DNA of 62,337 bases, filler included. It is 5 parts of 5 records of this genome, joined end to end, with 100 filler letters (N's around TTAATTAATTAA, not from the genome) between each part and the next. Parts side by side here need not be neighbours in the genome. Positions count along the whole stretch, not along the records: positions 1 to 23,703 come from DRR723986_4761; positions 23,804 to 36,477 come from DRR723986_4770; 3 more parts are not named here. The stretch is one strand, 5' to 3'. Under the pieces are notes generated by a model. The model had not been told where the DNA came from. It saw only the letters and a list, made by a program, of their open reading frames with translations, and did no database searches. Positions 19,554 to 29,684 of the stretch are shown here, in pieces. Each line of letters begins with the position of its first letter. Position 1 is the first letter of the stretch. Position numbers and translations under genes: made by a program.

Positions 19554-20287
19554 GGCATGACGCTCCCGCCGTTGACACCGATGCCTTGCCCGGTGATGAA
19601 ATCCGAATCCGGCCCCATAAGAAACGCTGCCATCGCCGCGATCTCCTCGGGTTTTCCAAACCGTTCGGCCGGAATGGCCAGTTCGCGGGCGCGCCATTCG
19701 GGCGACATCTGCGCAGCCCCCAGCATGTCGGTATCAATCGGGCCGGGACACAGCGCGTTGACCTTGATCCGGGGGCCGAATTCCTTGGCCCAGGACCGCA
19801 TCAACCCCATGACACCATGTTTGGAGGCGACATATGGTGAAAACGTCTCGCGGCCCGACACACCCAGATCCGAAGCGGTGAGCAAGATACGCCCCTCGCG
19901 TCCCTGAAGACGGCGGATCGCTTCGCGACCCACAAGGAAAGTCCCCCGCAGATTGATCGCGATGACGCGGTCAAAATCCACAACATCCGTTTCCAGAAGC
20001 GGCTTTTCATGGATCACGCCAGCACAATGAACCAACCCGTTCAGCATCGGCGCAAAACGGTCTATGCCCGCGAAAAGTGCGGCGACCGAAGCCTCGTCCG
20101 ACACATCCGCGACAACCGAAAGGTGCCCCCTTGGATGCGGGGTCAGGGCCTCAAAGGTGGCTTTCGGGTCCCGTATGTCGCTGATGATCACCTGCGCACC
20201 TTGTGCGGCCAGCCGATATGCGCAGGCCGCGCCGATACCGCCATGGGCACCTGTGACCAAAACAGTCTGACCGGCAAGCAGGCTCAT
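19550..20287 (-). CDS. SDR-family oxidoreductase
   Basis: TGAHGGIG, YVASK, VNALCPGPIDT. Confidence 0.9.
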   Translation of the reverse strand: MSLLAGQTVLVTGAHGGIGAACAYRLAAQGAQVIISDIRDPKATFEALTPHPRGHLSVVADVSDEASVAALFAGIDRFAPMLNGLVHCAGVIHEKPLLETDVVDFDRVIAINLRGTFLVGREAIRRLQGREGRILLTASDLGVSGRETFSPYVASKHGVMGLMRSWAKEFGPRIKVNALCPGPIDTDMLGAAQMSPEWRARELAIPAERFGKPEEIAAMAAFLMGPDSDFITGQGIGVNGGSVMP

Positions 20288-21057
20288 GCCATCACCTCGC
20301 CACGATCCAGCATATAAGCCTGCCCGGTGATATCGCATGCGGCATCCGACGCCAGAAACAGGTAGAGGGCCGCCATGTCGTCAGGTTCCAACAACCCACC
20401 CAGAACTTGCGCGCCGGTGATCTCTTCCAGAAGATCGGCCTCGGGCTTGCCTGTGGCCTCGGACATCTTGGCAAGAGACAACATCGCCGCCTCTGTCCGC
20501 ACCCAACCGGGACAGACCGCATTCACGTTGATCCCGCGCGGCCCCAGTTCATGCGCCATGGATCGCATGAATCCCAGATTGGCGTGCTTGCTGCATACAT
20601 AGGCGGAAAACTCGGGCACGGCAGTGCGGCTCCAGATCGAGGCGGTCAGGATGATACGTCCCCCTGCCCGCATCCTGGGCAAGGCATGACGGGTCATCAA
20701 AAAGGTGCCGTTGACGTTGATGTCGATGATCCGGGCAAAGGTGTCTTCGACTGCATCGTCGGGATCATCCATCGGTGTGGCCCGCTCAAGGCCCGCGTTG
20801 TTGACCAGCACGTCGATCCTTTCGATGCCTGAAAGGGCCTTGATGATCTGGTTCCGGTCAGTGATATCTGCCCGCACGGCACGTGCTGATCCAAAGACCG
20901 ACAATGCCTTTGCCGCGTCTTCGCCGTCGCCGCTGGACAGGATCACCACATCCGCGCCCGCCTTGGCAAATCCCTTGGCCACCCCGAAACCGATCCCGCG
21001 ACTGCCACCGGTAACGAGAACCGTTTGGCCAGAAAAATCATAGGACACCTTGCCCAT
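20284..21057 (-). CDS. SDR-family oxidoreductase
   Basis: TGGSRGIG, NNAG, YVCSK, VNAVCPGWV. Confidence 0.9.
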   Translation of the reverse strand: MGKVSYDFSGQTVLVTGGSRGIGFGVAKGFAKAGADVVILSSGDGEDAAKALSVFGSARAVRADITDRNQIIKALSGIERIDVLVNNAGLERATPMDDPDDAVEDTFARIIDINVNGTFLMTRHALPRMRAGGRIILTASIWSRTAVPEFSAYVCSKHANLGFMRSMAHELGPRGINVNAVCPGWVRTEAAMLSLAKMSEATGKPEADLLEEITGAQVLGGLLEPDDMAALYLFLASDAACDITGQAYMLDRGEVMA

Positions 21058-21060
21058 GAT

Positions 21061-22029
21061 CTACCCTTCGCGCGCATGCAGGATGCGACCGATCAGGTTC
21101 ATCAAAAGCTGCGCCGCCAGCGTGCTCGTGGAACTGGTAGGATCATAATCCGGAGCCACCTCGACCAGATCGACGCCGACGATTTCGCCTCGCTTGGCGA
21201 GTCCTGCAACCATTTCCAGCACCTCATAATACATGAACCCACCGTGGCTGGGTGTGCCGGTGCCGGGCGCGATTGATGGATCGAAGGCATCAATATCAAT
21301 CGTCAGGTAAAACCGCTTGCCTGCAGGGATGCGGGCCAGCATCCCTTCAACACCCATTGCCCGCACCTGCCGCACTGATTGGATATCAGAGCCCATCGTG
21401 CGGGCATCGACATAGCCTTCTTTGGCCGTTGAAGATACGTTGCGGATGCCGATCTGGCTCAGGCCCGTGACGTAGGTTTTCTCGGCGGCACGGCGCATCG
21501 GGTTACCGTGACCATACCGCACGCCATGGCGCTCATCGACAAAATCCAGATGGGCGTCGATCTGGACCACATGGATATCGCCCTGATCATCAAAGGCATT
21601 GATGCAGGGGATGTTGATCGAATGATCGCCCCCGATCACCACCGGCAACGCACCGGCTGCAAGGATCTTGCGCACGCCGAATTCGATGTTGGCGTGACTT
21701 TGCAGCGTGTCGGTATGCACGACATCCGCGTCGCCAATATCCACGATGCGGGTCTTGTCAGCCTCAAGATAGGTGACATCGTCCTCGTGGTCATAAGCGC
21801 CCGCATGGCCAAAGGAAAACAGTGTGGAGGCTTCGCGCACAGCCCGTGGCCCCATCCGTGCGCCCGAACGCCACTGGCAGCCAAAATCATAAGGCGCCCC
21901 CATCACCGCCACATCCGCATCAATCGCGTCCCAGTCGCTGACATAAGGGTATTTGCCAAAGGTGCAGATGCCTACGAAGGGCAGGTTCAGGCGGCCTGAT
22001 TCATAGCTGTTGGTGGTCTTGTTCGACAT
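21061..22029 (-). CDS. speB: agmatinase-family ureohydrolase
   Basis: GGDHS, DAHLD, DIDAFDPSIAPGTGTP, EVAP. Substrate within the family is uncertain. Confidence 0.85.
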   Translation of the reverse strand: MSNKTTNSYESGRLNLPFVGICTFGKYPYVSDWDAIDADVAVMGAPYDFGCQWRSGARMGPRAVREASTLFSFGHAGAYDHEDDVTYLEADKTRIVDIGDADVVHTDTLQSHANIEFGVRKILAAGALPVVIGGDHSINIPCINAFDDQGDIHVVQIDAHLDFVDERHGVRYGHGNPMRRAAEKTYVTGLSQIGIRNVSSTAKEGYVDARTMGSDIQSVRQVRAMGVEGMLARIPAGKRFYLTIDIDAFDPSIAPGTGTPSHGGFMYYEVLEMVAGLAKRGEIVGVDLVEVAPDYDPTSSTSTLAAQLLMNLIGRILHAREG

Positions 22030-22100
22030 CGGTTTCCCCCGTTTGGGGAAATGCTATGAGGGAATTAGACTTAGATAATGATCATTGTTTAAAACTTTAC

Positions 22101-22116
22101 TTTGAGCTAATTCAAA
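22101..22116. promoter_or_regulatory. candidate LysR binding site
   Basis: Dyad TTTGA-N6-TCAAA directly before the LysR ATG, in the AT-rich divergent gap. Confidence 0.45.
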
Positions 22117-22119
22117 CTA

Positions 22120-23028
22120 ATGAAGGCGAACTTTCAATCCTTACAGGATGTGGACCTGCGTCTGCTCCGGGTGTTTCAAAGCGTGGTTCGCCATTGCGGC
22201 TTTTCCGCCGCGCAGGAGGAACTGGGCCTGACGGTCTCTACGGTGTCCAACCATATTACGGCGCTGGAACAACGGCTTGGCGTAAAGCTGTGTCATCGCG
22301 GGCGGGGCGGATTCCGCTTAACCGAACAGGGCAAAACCGTTCACGCGGCTATGCTGGATCTGTTCGGGTCGATCCAGACCTTTCACAGTGCCGTCGGTGC
22401 CGCAAAGGAGAAGATTACTGGCGTTGTCGAATTCGGCGCAGTGGACGCCCTGCACACGAATGATCAGTTTCCGCTGGCCAAAGCGATCAGTGACTTTGTC
22501 AGGACGGCCCCGGAGGCGCGCATAAATCTCCATGTGGCCTCACCGCAGGAATTGCTACAGGGGCTGCTGACGGGACGGTTCCATGTGATCCTGACACCGA
22601 CACCGACGCCCGCCGCGCCAGTTGAATCGCGTCTTGTGTTTCGCGAATTCCAACAGCTTTATTGCGGCAAGGGCCACGCGCTGTTTGATCTGGAGGACCG
22701 GCAGATCACGCGCGAGATGCTGTCCCATTATCCCTTTGTTGGGCGCAGCTACGAAGGACCGCCGGCTCATGCCGGGCTGAACCTGCTGAGACAGTCCGAG
22801 GTCTCGTATATGGAAAGCACCGCGCTGATGATCTTTTCCGGGGCTTTCCTGGGCTACCTGCCGGATCATTATGCACAGCCGCATATCCGGGAAGGAAAGT
22901 TGCGGGCGCTTGAGTCTGTAAACTCCAGTTTTCACAATGACTTTTTCATCTGCACTCACAAGTTTCACCGCAACCGCGGGGCAGTTCATTTCATGCAGCA
23001 GGTCATCGAAAACTGCATTGATCTGTGA
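22120..23028 (+). CDS. LysR-family regulator (GbuR/BauR-like)
   Basis: DLRLLRVF..GFSAAQ..LCHRGRGGFRLT HTH, typical of this subgroup. Divergent from the ureohydrolase. Confidence 0.9.
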   Translation: MKANFQSLQDVDLRLLRVFQSVVRHCGFSAAQEELGLTVSTVSNHITALEQRLGVKLCHRGRGGFRLTEQGKTVHAAMLDLFGSIQTFHSAVGAAKEKITGVVEFGAVDALHTNDQFPLAKAISDFVRTAPEARINLHVASPQELLQGLLTGRFHVILTPTPTPAAPVESRLVFREFQQLYCGKGHALFDLEDRQITREMLSHYPFVGRSYEGPPAHAGLNLLRQSEVSYMESTALMIFSGAFLGYLPDHYAQPHIREGKLRALESVNSSFHNDFFICTHKFHRNRGAVHFMQQVIENCIDL

Positions 23029-23430
23029 ACAGGGTCCACAGAAATCCGGCCCTTGGGTTTCAAAAGGACATTGGCGTAACACAGGTTGATTTCGTCACTG
23101 AAACAACCCGCTGCTCCCTCCGCGAAGAGCCCGCTTAAAGAAGCGATCTGCATACGAAACCGCTCAGTCTATCAATGGGCTCATGTGCGACAATCCTGAA
23201 GCCGGTGACGTAGTCTGGTGTCGCGTTGCCCCTAAAGATGAGACACAGCGCTTTCGAAGCCTTCTTTTGCCTTTAACTAAGAAATTCTACCGTTCCCTGG
23301 TGGCCTTTTCTCCGCTTCTCCGTATTTCTCAGTGTGAACGCTGTCTCACGTTCAACGGCAAAAATACCATATTTAGAGACAAAATCTCATGTTTAAGGGC
23401 AAAGCCTGACCATGGAATCGGAGATCGGAC

Positions 23431-23703
23431 ATGGTAAGACGGAAGTTCACGAAGGAGTTCAAGTTTGAGGCTGTGAAGTTGGTGACAGAGCGGGGCGTTG
23501 CGGTGGCGCAGGCAGCCCGGGATCTGGATCTGGCCGAGAGCGTGCTGCGACGTTGGATGCGGGAGGCCGCAGTGGCCCCGATCACGGCGTTCCCCGGCAA
23601 TGGCCAGCAGCGTGTCGAGCTGGCAGAGATCGCAGCCCTGAAGGAAGAGGTCGCCAAGCTCAAGGCGGAGCGTGACATCTTAAAAAACCGTCCCGGGCTG
23701 CAG
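23431..23703 (+). mobile_element. IS3-family transposase OrfA, truncated at contig end
   Basis: RRKFTKEFKFEAVKLV..VAQAARDLD..LRRW and leucine zipper LKAERDILK, followed by an A-run. Confidence 0.85.
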
Positions 23704-23803
23704 NNNNNNNNNNNNNNNNNNNNNNNNNNNNNNNNNNNNNNNNNNNNTTAATTAATTAANNNNNNNNNNNNNNNNNNNNNNNNNNNNNNNNNNNNNNNNN
23801 NNN
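23704..23803. other. artificial contig spacer
   Basis: 44 N + TTAATTAATTAA (stops in all six frames) + 44 N. Confidence 0.98.
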
Positions 23804-23968
23804 GATCAGGTAGATGCGGCCGCGCGGGCTGTCTAGCTCGTCGCCCAGCACCTGATAGGTGGGGCAGGTGGCCGTGCAAAAGCCACAATGCACGCAGGCG
23901 CGCAAAATTTCGTTGGCGCGGGCAGTGCCCGGATCTTGCAGCTGTGTTGGCGTAAAATGTGTTTGCAT
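23804..23968 (-). CDS. glcF: glycolate oxidase Fe-S subunit, 5' part only
   Basis: [35 protein letters not shown], downstream of glcE. Confidence 0.92.
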
Positions 23969-25101
23969 CAGCCCATCAACCCCGGGTTTAGAATGGCTTT
24001 TGGATCAAAACGTTGGCGCAGGGCGCGGGCCAGCGCCGCCGCAGCGGGTGGTTCGGGCTGAAAAACAGCCAGCGATGTGCGCAGCGCGGTGGGCGCCTTT
24101 AGCAAGGTGACATGGCCGCCAAGGGTGGCAATTTCTGCGCGCAAGCGGGCATGGGTATCGGCGGCGTTTTCTGCGCTTTCGGCGCCCAGCCATATCAGCC
24201 CACCCCCCCAATCGATTTGGCATTTCAACCGGTGGTCTGGATCAACCGCTGCCAGAAAGGCGGGTGCATCGCTGGGTTTCAGCGACACGCGCCACAGGGT
24301 TTCACAGCCCACCAGCGCATGGGCATCACGCACTGTTTGCCAGATGGCGCCTGCTGCTGTGCCCTGGATCTGTTCTGCCTGGCCATAGGGTTTCAGCCGC
24401 TCGGCCAGCGCCCCCACCCGGTAGGCGACCGAGCGTTCCATGCCCTCGAGCCGCAGCAGGGTTTGGCCCTGCACCCAAGCCGCACCGCTGACTTCGAAGG
24501 GCGAAGACAGCGCCGCCGCCATCGCCGCAACAGCGCGGGCGGGATCATGGCCGGAAAAGGCCAGTGTCACCTGGGTTTCAGGAATGGGCAGCACTTTAAA
24601 GCTAACCTCGGTAATCACCCCAAGCGTGCCAAAACTGCCCGCCATCAGCTTGACCAGATCATAGCCGGTGACGTTTTTCATCACCCGCCCGCCATTTTTC
24701 AGCACCCGCCCGGCCCCATCGACAAAGCGCGCACCCAGTAAAAAATCGCGGCATGCCCCCACCTGCACCCGGCGCGGGCCACTGACATTGGCCGCCACCA
24801 CACCGCCAATGGTTGGGGTGCCTTTGGTGCCCAAGACGGGGCGGTGATCCATCGGCTCGAACGGCAGGCGCTGGCCTTCGGCGGCCAGCACTGCCTCGAT
24901 CTGGGCCAGGGGCGTGCCGGCGCGGGCCACCAAGGTAAGCGCGCCTGGCTCGTAATCGACGATGCCATCCAGCCCCTGGGTCGACAGGGCGGTGCCAATC
25001 ACCGGGGCCCCGATATCGCGGGTGGCACCGCCCTGAATGCGCAAGGCGCCTTGGGCGGTGGTGATGGCGTCGGCCAGATCAGCTTCGCTGGTGGGGTGCA
25101 T
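23968..25101 (-). CDS. glcE: glycolate oxidase FAD subunit
   Basis: [31 protein letters not shown]. Confidence 0.92.
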   Translation of the reverse strand: MHPTSEADLADAITTAQGALRIQGGATRDIGAPVIGTALSTQGLDGIVDYEPGALTLVARAGTPLAQIEAVLAAEGQRLPFEPMDHRPVLGTKGTPTIGGVVAANVSGPRRVQVGACRDFLLGARFVDGAGRVLKNGGRVMKNVTGYDLVKLMAGSFGTLGVITEVSFKVLPIPETQVTLAFSGHDPARAVAAMAAALSSPFEVSGAAWVQGQTLLRLEGMERSVAYRVGALAERLKPYGQAEQIQGTAAGAIWQTVRDAHALVGCETLWRVSLKPSDAPAFLAAVDPDHRLKCQIDWGGGLIWLGAESAENAADTHARLRAEIATLGGHVTLLKAPTALRTSLAVFQPEPPAAAALARALRQRFDPKAILNPGLMG

Positions 25102-25173
25102 GGGCAATGATCCTAAGTGGTTGGGCCGCAGCAAGCGCGGCCCATGACAGACAAGGGCAAGCAGCAGCCTGCG

Positions 25174-26622
25174 TTATTCAGCGGCAATCTGGGCTTGGCG
25201 GCGGGGTTCCGAGGCGGCCAGGGGAAACACCTTGGCGGGGTTCAACAGCCATTTCGGATCGAACACATCTTTGACGGCCATTTGAATATCCAGATCATCG
25301 GGGGCGAATTGATCGACCATCAGATCGCGCTTTTCAATGCCCACGCCATGCTCGCCGGTCAGGCAGCCACCCACCTCGACGCATAGGCGCAAGATATCGG
25401 CGCCGAAGGCCTCGCAGCGCTCTAGATCGCCGGGCTTGTTGGCATCAAACAAGATCAGCGGGTGCATATTGCCATCACCGGCATGAAACACATTACCCAC
25501 GCCCAGCCCGTATTGCTGAGACATCTCGCCAATGCGGCGCAGCACATAGGGCAGCTGGCTGACCGGGATCGTGCCATCAAGGCACATGTAATCGTTGATT
25601 TGCCCCATCGCGCCAAAGGCCGATTTGCGGCCCAGCCAAATGCGGCGCGCCTGGTCTTCGTCGGCGGCTTCGCGCAATTCTACCGGGTTGTGGCGGCGTG
25701 CAATATCGGTGATCAGGGCCAGCTGTTCTGATATCTCATCATCCGAGCCCTCGACCTCGACGATCAACAGCGCCTCGCAATCGGGGTAGCCTGCCTTGGC
25801 AAAGGCCTCGGTTGCGCGAATGCAGGGCCGATCCATGAATTCGATGGCCACGGGCAAAACACCGGCCTTTATGATGTCGCTGACCACCTGGCCGGCCACC
25901 TCGTTGCTGTCATAGCCCATCAGCACCGGGCGCGCGCCCTCGGGCTTGGGCAAAATGCGCAGCGTGGCCTCGGTGACAACGCCCAATTGCCCCTCGGACC
26001 CGCAGATAACCCCCAGGAAATCCAGGCCCGGGGCATCCATATGGGCGCCGCCCAGTTCCAGCACCGTGCCATCCATCAGCACGATGGTGACGCCCAGCAG
26101 ATTGTTGGTGGTCACGCCATATTTCAGGCAATGCGCACCGCCTGAATTCATGGCGATATTGCCAGAAATCGCACAGGCCAGCTGACTGCTGGGATCGGGG
26201 GCGTAGAAAAAGCCATCGGCCTCGACCGCTCCTGTAACCGAAAGGTTGGTGCGCCCCGATTGCACCCGCACAAAGCGGTTGTCGTAATCAACCTCTAGCA
26301 CATCATTCATGCGCGCCACGCCCAAGATCACGCTATCTGCGGTGGGCAAGGCCCCCCCCGCCAGCGAGGTGCCCGAGCCGCGCGGCACCACTGGCACGCC
26401 CATTTCGTGGCAAATGCGCAGCACATCCGACACTTGCTGCGTGGTGCTGGGCAGCACGGCGCACAGGGGCGGGCAGCGATAGGCGGTCAAGGCATCGCAT
26501 TCATAGGCGCGGGTTTCGGCCTCGTCATGGATCACGGCATCAGGGGCCAGCACCTCTTGCAGGCGCGCCACAAGGCGGGGTTTTAGGGCAAGAACCGCGG
26601 GGTTTGGGGCTGGCATTTCCAT
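25174..26622 (-). CDS. glcD: glycolate oxidase subunit
   Basis: YAPDPSSQ, NSGGAHCLKYG, HAGDGNMHP, GEHGVG. Confidence 0.93.
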   Translation of the reverse strand: MEMPAPNPAVLALKPRLVARLQEVLAPDAVIHDEAETRAYECDALTAYRCPPLCAVLPSTTQQVSDVLRICHEMGVPVVPRGSGTSLAGGALPTADSVILGVARMNDVLEVDYDNRFVRVQSGRTNLSVTGAVEADGFFYAPDPSSQLACAISGNIAMNSGGAHCLKYGVTTNNLLGVTIVLMDGTVLELGGAHMDAPGLDFLGVICGSEGQLGVVTEATLRILPKPEGARPVLMGYDSNEVAGQVVSDIIKAGVLPVAIEFMDRPCIRATEAFAKAGYPDCEALLIVEVEGSDDEISEQLALITDIARRHNPVELREAADEDQARRIWLGRKSAFGAMGQINDYMCLDGTIPVSQLPYVLRRIGEMSQQYGLGVGNVFHAGDGNMHPLILFDANKPGDLERCEAFGADILRLCVEVGGCLTGEHGVGIEKRDLMVDQFAPDDLDIQMAVKDVFDPKWLLNPAKVFPLAASEPRRQAQIAAE

Positions 26623-26643
26623 AAGCAAAGGCGCCTTTCGTTC

Positions 26644-26668
26644 AATTGGTAATATTTTTATACCAATT
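26644..26668. promoter_or_regulatory. candidate GlcC (GntR/FadR-family) operator
   Basis: Palindrome AATTGGTA-N9-TACCAATT just upstream of glcD. Confidence 0.65.
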
Positions 26669-26742
26669 ACAGGAGATATAGCAAGCACAGATGCACCCCC
26701 CTTGCCCCTTGCAAAACCGCGGCACAAAGGGCAGCAAAAGAC

Positions 26743-27459
26743 ATGACATTCGACATCCCCGCCCTTGGCCTTTTGCCGCTGTTTTCACCGCTCGATCTGT
26801 GGGCGGTTGCGTGCATTTTTCTGGGCTGGGCGGGCATCGGGCTGTTGATCGAAAACCCACCGCGCGGGCGGCCGTCGGTATCGGTGCTGATGGCGCGCTA
26901 TCGGCGCGAATGGATGCAGGTGATGGTTACCCGCAGCCCCCGCATTTTCGACGCCCAAGCCTTGGGCACATTGCGCCAGGGCACCAGCTTTTTCGCCTCG
27001 GCCACGATGATTGCGATTGGCGGCGCATTGGCGCTGATGGGCAATGCCGATCAGCTGCAAGGCCTGGCCCGCGACCTGACATTAGGGGCCGAGCCGCGCA
27101 TCGTATGGGAGGTAAAGCTGGGCCTTTCGCTGGTGTTTCTGGCCAATGCATTTTTGAAATTCGTCTGGTCGCACCGCCTGTTTGGCTATTGCCTGGTTTT
27201 GATGGCCTCGGTTCCCAACGACCCAAGCGACCCGCGCGCCCTGCCCCGCGCGGCGCAAGCCGCCGAGGTGAATATAACAGCCGTGCGCGGGTTCAACCGC
27301 GGCCTGCGCTCGATCTATTTTGCCATGGGCGCCCTAGCGTGGATGCTGGGCGCGCCCGCGTTGCTGGCAGCCACAGCGCTGACACTTGGGGTGCTGTGGC
27401 GGCGCGAATTTGCCTCGCAAAGCCGCCAGGTTTTGCTGCGTGACACGCCCAGCCCCTAA
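26743..27459 (+). CDS. DUF599-family membrane protein
   Basis: YRREWM..PRIFD, SFFAS, FNRGLRSIYF, RREFAS. Confidence 0.8.
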   Translation: MTFDIPALGLLPLFSPLDLWAVACIFLGWAGIGLLIENPPRGRPSVSVLMARYRREWMQVMVTRSPRIFDAQALGTLRQGTSFFASATMIAIGGALALMGNADQLQGLARDLTLGAEPRIVWEVKLGLSLVFLANAFLKFVWSHRLFGYCLVLMASVPNDPSDPRALPRAAQAAEVNITAVRGFNRGLRSIYFAMGALAWMLGAPALLAATALTLGVLWRREFASQSRQVLLRDTPSP

Positions 27460-27468
27460 GGCCGCGCG

Positions 27469-27705
27469 CTATTTGCGCCAGTGAAATGGCACGATCACAA
27501 GCGCCCCGATCGACGAGATAATGGCATCCAGCCCCGCACTGCCAAAGCCAATGCCAAACATCACGCGCAGGAAATAAAACAAAAACGCCCCACCCACGCA
27601 GATGATGATCGATTGCAAAATACCGTTATGGGTAAAGCCGGTTTTTTCGGCCAAATAGCCCACGATACCCGCAATCACCACGGTGCCAATCAAGGTTGGA
27701 AACAT
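27469..27705 (-). CDS. small membrane protein (GlsB/YeaQ/YmgE-like)
   Basis: 78 aa with three Gly-rich hydrophobic segments, downstream of fmt. Confidence 0.65.
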   Translation of the reverse strand: MFPTLIGTVVIAGIVGYLAEKTGFTHNGILQSIIICVGGAFLFYFLRVMFGIGFGSAGLDAIISSIGALVIVPFHWRK

Positions 27706-27730
27706 AGCGCACCCCTAAACCGCGCCGGGC

Positions 27731-28657
27731 CTAAGCCTGCGCCTCATCGCCCCCCAGCACCATGCCAGCAGGCACCGCCATGCCCCGCAGGGCGGTGGCG
27801 GCATCTTGCGCAGCCTTACCCGCACGTTGCAAGCGGGTGATGCGCAATGCGCCATCGCCACAGGCAATGCACAGCCCATCATCCAGCGCGGTGCCCGGCG
27901 CGCCACTGCCTGTGGCCAATTCGGCCCCCAACAGCTTGACCCGCGCGCCATCGATCAGCGTCCACGCCCCGGGAAAGGGCGACAGCCCCCTGATCTGGCG
28001 ATGGATCTCGGTTGCGGGGCGGGCCCAATTCACCGCCGCTTCGGCCTTGTCGATTTTCTCGGCATAGCACACACCATCGGCGGGCTGTGGGCTGGGCACC
28101 AACTGCCCCAGATTTTCCAAGGCCTGCAAAATACCCTGTGCCCCCAGGGCCGACAAGCGATCGTGCAGCGCACCTGTGGTTTCATCGGCCCCAATGGGCG
28201 TGGCCAAGCGCAGCAAAACGGGGCCCGTATCCAGCCCCGCCTCCATCTGCATGATGCAAATGCCGGTTTCCGCATCACCCGCCATAATCGCGCGGTGAAT
28301 GGGCGCAGCCCCGCGCCAACGCGGCAAAAGCGAGGCATGGATATTCAAGCAGCCATAGCGCGGCGCATCCAGCACCGGCTGCGGCAAGATCAGCCCATAG
28401 GCCACCACCACGGCCGCATCGGCCTGCAGCGCGGCAAACTCTTGCTGCACCTCGGTGGGCCGCAGGCTGGTGGGGTGGTGCACCATCAGCCCCAGCTGCA
28501 GGGCGCGGGCATGCACGGGCGTGGGGCGGTCTTTTTTGCCGCGCCCCGCCGGGCGTGGCGGCTGGCAATAGACGCAGGCAATATCGTGGCCGGCCGATAC
28601 CAGCGCCTCAAGCACCGGCACAGAAAAATCAGGGCTGCCCATAAAGACCAGTCGCAT
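27731..28657 (-). CDS. fmt: methionyl-tRNA formyltransferase
   Basis: [28 protein letters not shown]. Confidence 0.95.
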   Translation of the reverse strand: MRLVFMGSPDFSVPVLEALVSAGHDIACVYCQPPRPAGRGKKDRPTPVHARALQLGLMVHHPTSLRPTEVQQEFAALQADAAVVVAYGLILPQPVLDAPRYGCLNIHASLLPRWRGAAPIHRAIMAGDAETGICIMQMEAGLDTGPVLLRLATPIGADETTGALHDRLSALGAQGILQALENLGQLVPSPQPADGVCYAEKIDKAEAAVNWARPATEIHRQIRGLSPFPGAWTLIDGARVKLLGAELATGSGAPGTALDDGLCIACGDGALRITRLQRAGKAAQDAATALRGMAVPAGMVLGGDEAQA

Positions 28658-28686
28658 CGGTTCCTCCTTGGCCCCGCACAAGGGCC

Positions 28687-29181
28687 TTAGCGTGCTTTTT
28701 TTGCCCGGCGCAGCAGCATGTCGCGCTTTACCTTGCTGAGGTGGTCAAAATACATGCGCCCATTCAGATGGTCGATCTGATGCTGCACGCTGGTGGCCCA
28801 AAGCCCTACAAAATCGCGCTCTTCCAGCTGGCCCGCGCTGTTGAGAAACCGCACCAACACCGCGCGTGGGCGGGCGATGCTGGCATGCACACCGGGCAGG
28901 TTTGGGCTGGCCTCGTCGTGGCTGCGCAGCTGCACGCTGGCATGTACCACCTCGGGGTTGGCCATGCGCACCGCTTGGCCGCGGGTTTCGCTGGCATCCA
29001 CCACAGCCAGGCGCAACATCACACCGATTTGCGGGCCAGCCAGCCCGACGCCCGGCATGGCCTCCATCGTGTCGATCATATCGGCCCAGATAGCCCGGAT
29101 ATCATCGGTGATTTCCGGCACCGGGGCGGCCATGCTGCGCAAGCGCTTGTCAGGCCAGGGCAAACAGGGGCGCACCGTCAT
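28687..29181 (-). CDS. def: peptide deformylase-like protein with degenerate active site
   Basis: GVGLAGPQ present, but EASPN replaces EGCLS and QHQIDH replaces QHExDH. Confidence 0.85.
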   Translation of the reverse strand: MTVRPCLPWPDKRLRSMAAPVPEITDDIRAIWADMIDTMEAMPGVGLAGPQIGVMLRLAVVDASETRGQAVRMANPEVVHASVQLRSHDEASPNLPGVHASIARPRAVLVRFLNSAGQLEERDFVGLWATSVQHQIDHLNGRMYFDHLSKVKRDMLLRRAKKAR

Positions 29182-29684
29182 TGCACCAGCCCCGCATATT
29201 CGGCCTGAAGGGCCGCGCTGGCGCTGGCCTCAAGGCGGTGAAAGGTCAGCAAGCCATCCAGATGGTCAAGCTCGTGCTGGGCGCAGCGTGCCTCAAACCC
29301 CTGCAGGCGGCGGCTGTGGCGGGCGCCATCCAGGCCCGTCCAGCTCAACACCACCCATTCAGGGCGCAGCACCTGTGCCGTGACACCGGGGATCGACAGG
29401 CACCCCTCGTCGCCCGGCACATGGGTGGATGCGGCCTGCAGAATTTCGGGGTTTATACAGGCCAGCGGGGCCATATCGCCCTCTTTCCAGCCACAATCCA
29501 TCACAAAAAGCCGCAGCATCTGCCCCACCTGCGGGGCGGCCAGCCCACGCCCGGGGGCGGTATACATGGTTTCAAACATATCCCCCACAAGGCCAGACAG
29601 GCGGGCCATATCGCCCAGATCCACCGGCGCGCAGGGCTGGGACAGGCGCGGATCGGGCCAACGCACAATCGGCAGAACGCTCAT
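29178..29684 (-). CDS. def: peptide deformylase
   Basis: GRGLAAPQ, EGCLS, QHELDH. Confidence 0.9.
   Translation of the reverse strand: MSVLPIVRWPDPRLSQPCAPVDLGDMARLSGLVGDMFETMYTAPGRGLAAPQVGQMLRLFVMDCGWKEGDMAPLACINPEILQAASTHVPGDEGCLSIPGVTAQVLRPEWVVLSWTGLDGARHSRRLQGFEARCAQHELDHLDGLLTFHRLEASASAALQAEYAGLVQ

Noticed and set aside
22033-22052. Hairpin over the ureohydrolase RBS with ACGG in the loop, as a guanidine-II riboswitch
   Set aside because: Only one hairpin with a 6-nt loop. Guanidine-II needs two stems with G-ACGR-C tetraloops. At most an RBS-occluding stem.
23692-23703. CCCGGGCTGCAG resembling a SmaI-PstI cloning polylinker at the contig end
   Set aside because: Only 12 bp in GC-rich DNA; cannot be told from chance or from a second element interrupting the IS3.
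23748-23759. Recurring TTAATTAATTAA (also at 36522, 43540 and 49118) as a biological repeat
   Set aside because: Always centred in 44+44 N; it is a six-frame stop linker.
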